A DNA stretch of 64,000 bases, from positions 1 through 64,000 of the forward strand of contig JAADGS010000023.1 of NCBI GenBank assembly GCA_013152275.1, written 5' to 3'. The position numbers and the translations under genes are program-made. Each line of letters begins with the position of its first letter. Position 1 is the first letter of the stretch. Below, piece after piece: positions 61,461 through 64,000 of this stretch. Source of the DNA: Actinomycetota bacterium (GTDB lineage: Bacteria > Actinomycetota > Acidimicrobiia > Spongiisociales > UBA4744). Below the pieces are notes generated by a model. The model had not been told where the DNA came from and did not search any database. It worked only from the letters and a program-made list of their open reading frames with translations.

Positions 61461-63482
61461 TCAGTCGCTCATCTTCACGGCGGCCGGCATACCGTTCAGG
61501 TTCGCCAATCCATCCAACACGTCCGTGAAGGGGAAGATCAGCTTGCTGTTGTACGCCTCGAGCACCGGTGTGGTGAACAGGACCAGATAGGGAAGATCCT
61601 TGACGATCTTCGCATCCATTGCCTGCACCGCCTTCTTGGCCTCGGGGATGGTCGTCGCTGCCAGGAACTCCTTCGCGAGTGCGTCGAAGTCGGCGTTGTT
61701 GTAGCCGGGGGTGTTGAACCCACCGTTCGCCGAGTCCTGCCATGAGGCGAAGAACGCTTCGTGGAAGTCCGGGAGTGCCGGGTTTCCGAGACCCCAACCA
61801 AGGATGTACATGTCCCAGTCCTTGGCCTTTTCACCTTCCGCGAAGACCTTGTCGACAATGACGTTGAAGCCGGTGGCGTTCGCCTTGACGGGAACACCCA
61901 GCCAACCGGCCCATTGGGCGATCCAGATCGAGGCCGTCGACCGCAGCGGGTCGTAGCCGGGTCCGGGAGCCAGCAGCTCTAGTTCCGGAACGAGCTTGCC
62001 GTCAGGATCTTTGAGTCCTGTACCGGTACCAGGAAGCAGGTTGCCTGCGGTGCTGTCGTCCCATGCGGGCTCGACATCCCAGGTGAAACCGGCGTCCTTG
62101 AAGTACTGGATGGCCTGATTGAAGCGCTCTTGCTCACTGAGGCCCTTACAGATCTGCTCCACGTTGGGATTTGCCCACGCGGTGTTCCCTTCCGGAACAA
62201 GGCTGTACGCCGGGATGATGGCTCCGCCAAGCAGGGTCTGAAGGAATTCCTTCTGTGTCAGGCAGGCGATGCCCTGACGGAATCCAAGGTACTTCATCGG
62301 TGTCTTACGCATGTTGAACGCCAGATACCGGAATCCGTTGGACGGGTTCGCGATCAGCGTCAACTCGGGCGAGTTGAGAACTTCGTTCTTCAACCCGGTG
62401 TTCAGTCCGATCGGGTTCAACATGAAGTCGATCTCACCGCTCTTGAGCGCCAGAATTGCCGCGTTCTGATCGGAGTAGATCGAGTAGATGACGTCCTTGG
62501 CGAACGGGCCCTCACTGTATTGAAGGGTCACGGTGCCGGTGCCGGAGCCGTCGTACTTCTCATCGAAGCCCTTGTCTGCGTTCGCCTGCTCGAACGTGCC
62601 ATCGCTGTAGAACGTGTACTGCGTTCCGGCGTAGTAGGCCTTCGGGTTGGCGACGTTCTTGGCGTACGCCCCAGGCTCACGACTGTCATAGATGAATGCT
62701 CCGGCAGAGGGCTCGCCCTCGCCAGAAGCGGCATACAACGTCGTCGATGGATCGTCGGATGCTGCGGCCTCGTCTACGACCGACTGCCAGAAGTGCTGCG
62801 GCATGATCGGCATCAGGCCGATACCCATCTGCCACACGGCCAGGCCTGGCTGGCTCGAGAACGTGATCTTGACGGTGTAATCGTCGACTGCCTCGACGGT
62901 CTTGATGCCGTCGGCGGACTCGTCCACGTCCGTGGTCGCCGGGTCATCCGGCGAGTACAACGAAAGTGACCCGGCCCAGTTGCCGCCCAACTTGAAGTCG
63001 GGACCTGCGGTGTTGAACGTGAAGGCCACGTCCTTTGCGGTCACCGGCTCTCCGTCGGACCACAGGTAACCCTGGCGCAGTTGTTGCGTCACGACCCAGT
63101 CGTCGCCGACTTGTTCGGCGTTGTTCGGTTGTCCGGTCGCCAGGTCCGGCACGAGCTGCCAGGTCGGCGCCGCCAGGGTGAACAACCCCGGGTGTTGGTT
63201 TCCGAGGACGTATGCGTTCCAGACGGAAGCCTCAGGGTCCATATAGGCCCAGAAGTTGTCTGTCGTCAGATCCTCAAAAACACCAAGTTTGTATGTAAAG
63301 CCCGTCGCAGCCGGAGCAGCAGCCGTCGTCGTCGTCGCAGCCGGAGCCGCTTTCGTCGTCGTCGTCGCAGCCGCCGTCGTGCTGGTGGACTCTGTGGTGG
63401 TTCCCTGGCCGCAGGCTGTCGCGACGAGCGCAAGCAGCGCAACGACCGCGATCCACGTCCAGAGTCTCCGTGGTGTTCTCAC
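61461..63482 (-). CDS. peptide ABC transporter substrate-binding lipoprotein (family 5)
   Basis: Lipobox VATAC, Thr/Ala linker, WSDGEPVTAKDVAFTF; SD GGAGG before GTG 63482. Confidence 0.93.
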   Translation of the reverse strand: MRTPRRLWTWIAVVALLALVATACGQGTTTESTSTTAAATTTTKAAPAATTTTAAAPAATGFTYKLGVFEDLTTDNFWAYMDPEASVWNAYVLGNQHPGLFTLAAPTWQLVPDLATGQPNNAEQVGDDWVVTQQLRQGYLWSDGEPVTAKDVAFTFNTAGPDFKLGGNWAGSLSLYSPDDPATTDVDESADGIKTVEAVDDYTVKITFSSQPGLAVWQMGIGLMPIMPQHFWQSVVDEAAASDDPSTTLYAASGEGEPSAGAFIYDSREPGAYAKNVANPKAYYAGTQYTFYSDGTFEQANADKGFDEKYDGSGTGTVTLQYSEGPFAKDVIYSIYSDQNAAILALKSGEIDFMLNPIGLNTGLKNEVLNSPELTLIANPSNGFRYLAFNMRKTPMKYLGFRQGIACLTQKEFLQTLLGGAIIPAYSLVPEGNTAWANPNVEQICKGLSEQERFNQAIQYFKDAGFTWDVEPAWDDSTAGNLLPGTGTGLKDPDGKLVPELELLAPGPGYDPLRSTASIWIAQWAGWLGVPVKANATGFNVIVDKVFAEGEKAKDWDMYILGWGLGNPALPDFHEAFFASWQDSANGGFNTPGYNNADFDALAKEFLAATTIPEAKKAVQAMDAKIVKDLPYLVLFTTPVLEAYNSKLIFPFTDVLDGLANLNGMPAAVKMSD

Positions 63483-64000
63483 AGTGCAACCCTCCGTAGG
63501 TCTTCCCAATACCTTCGCGTTCACCGGCGGAGAGCCCGCCCGAAGACAGCAACCCGTCGGGAACGCTACAGAGGTTAGCCCTCCCGCGACGCCGCGCCAA
63601 CAGCCTGGGGCCAGGATCTGCCAGCTGCGTCATGCCCGTTTTCCGCAGCCTGGTGTCTCGGGGTCGAGGGATTCGCGGTGGAGTCCGCTCGCTGGTCCGG
63701 GGACTGCCGGTTCGGAGCGGGTTCGCCGCCAGGCTCGGGGACCCGTCCCGAGATAGGCTCGTGGACCGTATCCACTACTCGAAGAGATCCAGTCGAACTC
63801 TGTCGCGGAGTGTGCGGGGCCGTGTCGAGAACATCCGTTGCCCCGACAGCGCTCTGCGGGTTTGCTGGTCGGGGCCGACCGGTCGCGAAAGGACGCCGAT
63901 CCTGGGTCCTCACGTCGGCCGACGCGGCCATGAATCGGCAGATACATCACTAGCCTGTGCGGGTGGGACGTATTGCCAACACCGTGCAACTTGCCAAGGC

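Noticed and set aside
63310..63400. GTCGTCGTCGCAGCC repeats
   Set aside because: They encode the ordinary Thr/Ala linker of the lipoprotein.

Overview
High-GC actinobacterial core chromosome, probably Acidimicrobiia (inferred from 16S/23S signatures and gene order). The window appears to span the replication terminus. Left part, mostly + strand: a partial IS30 nested in an IS3 remnant, rpe plus a REC-GGDEF gene, an FMN riboswitch with ribD-ribE-ribBA-ribH, infC-rpmI-rplT-TrmH-pheST-argF-mpg, a class A PBP, tyrS, nfnAB and a 16S-23S-5S operon. The 23S gene carries a 499-nt group I intron at E. coli position 1931 with a decayed LAGLIDADG gene. A good Xer dif site at 34870-34897 is followed by two extra XerD half-sites at a 21-bp period, and predominant gene orientation flips there. 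Right part, mostly - strand: housekeeping genes, the conserved pgsA2-gcvH-garA-ftsR-like-DUF151-MerR-gcv cluster and an opp/dpp ABC transporter. That cluster includes a CTG-initiated PD-(D/E)XK-like gene and a DnaA-box pair over the MerR promoter. All calls come from reading the sequence; no searches were run.
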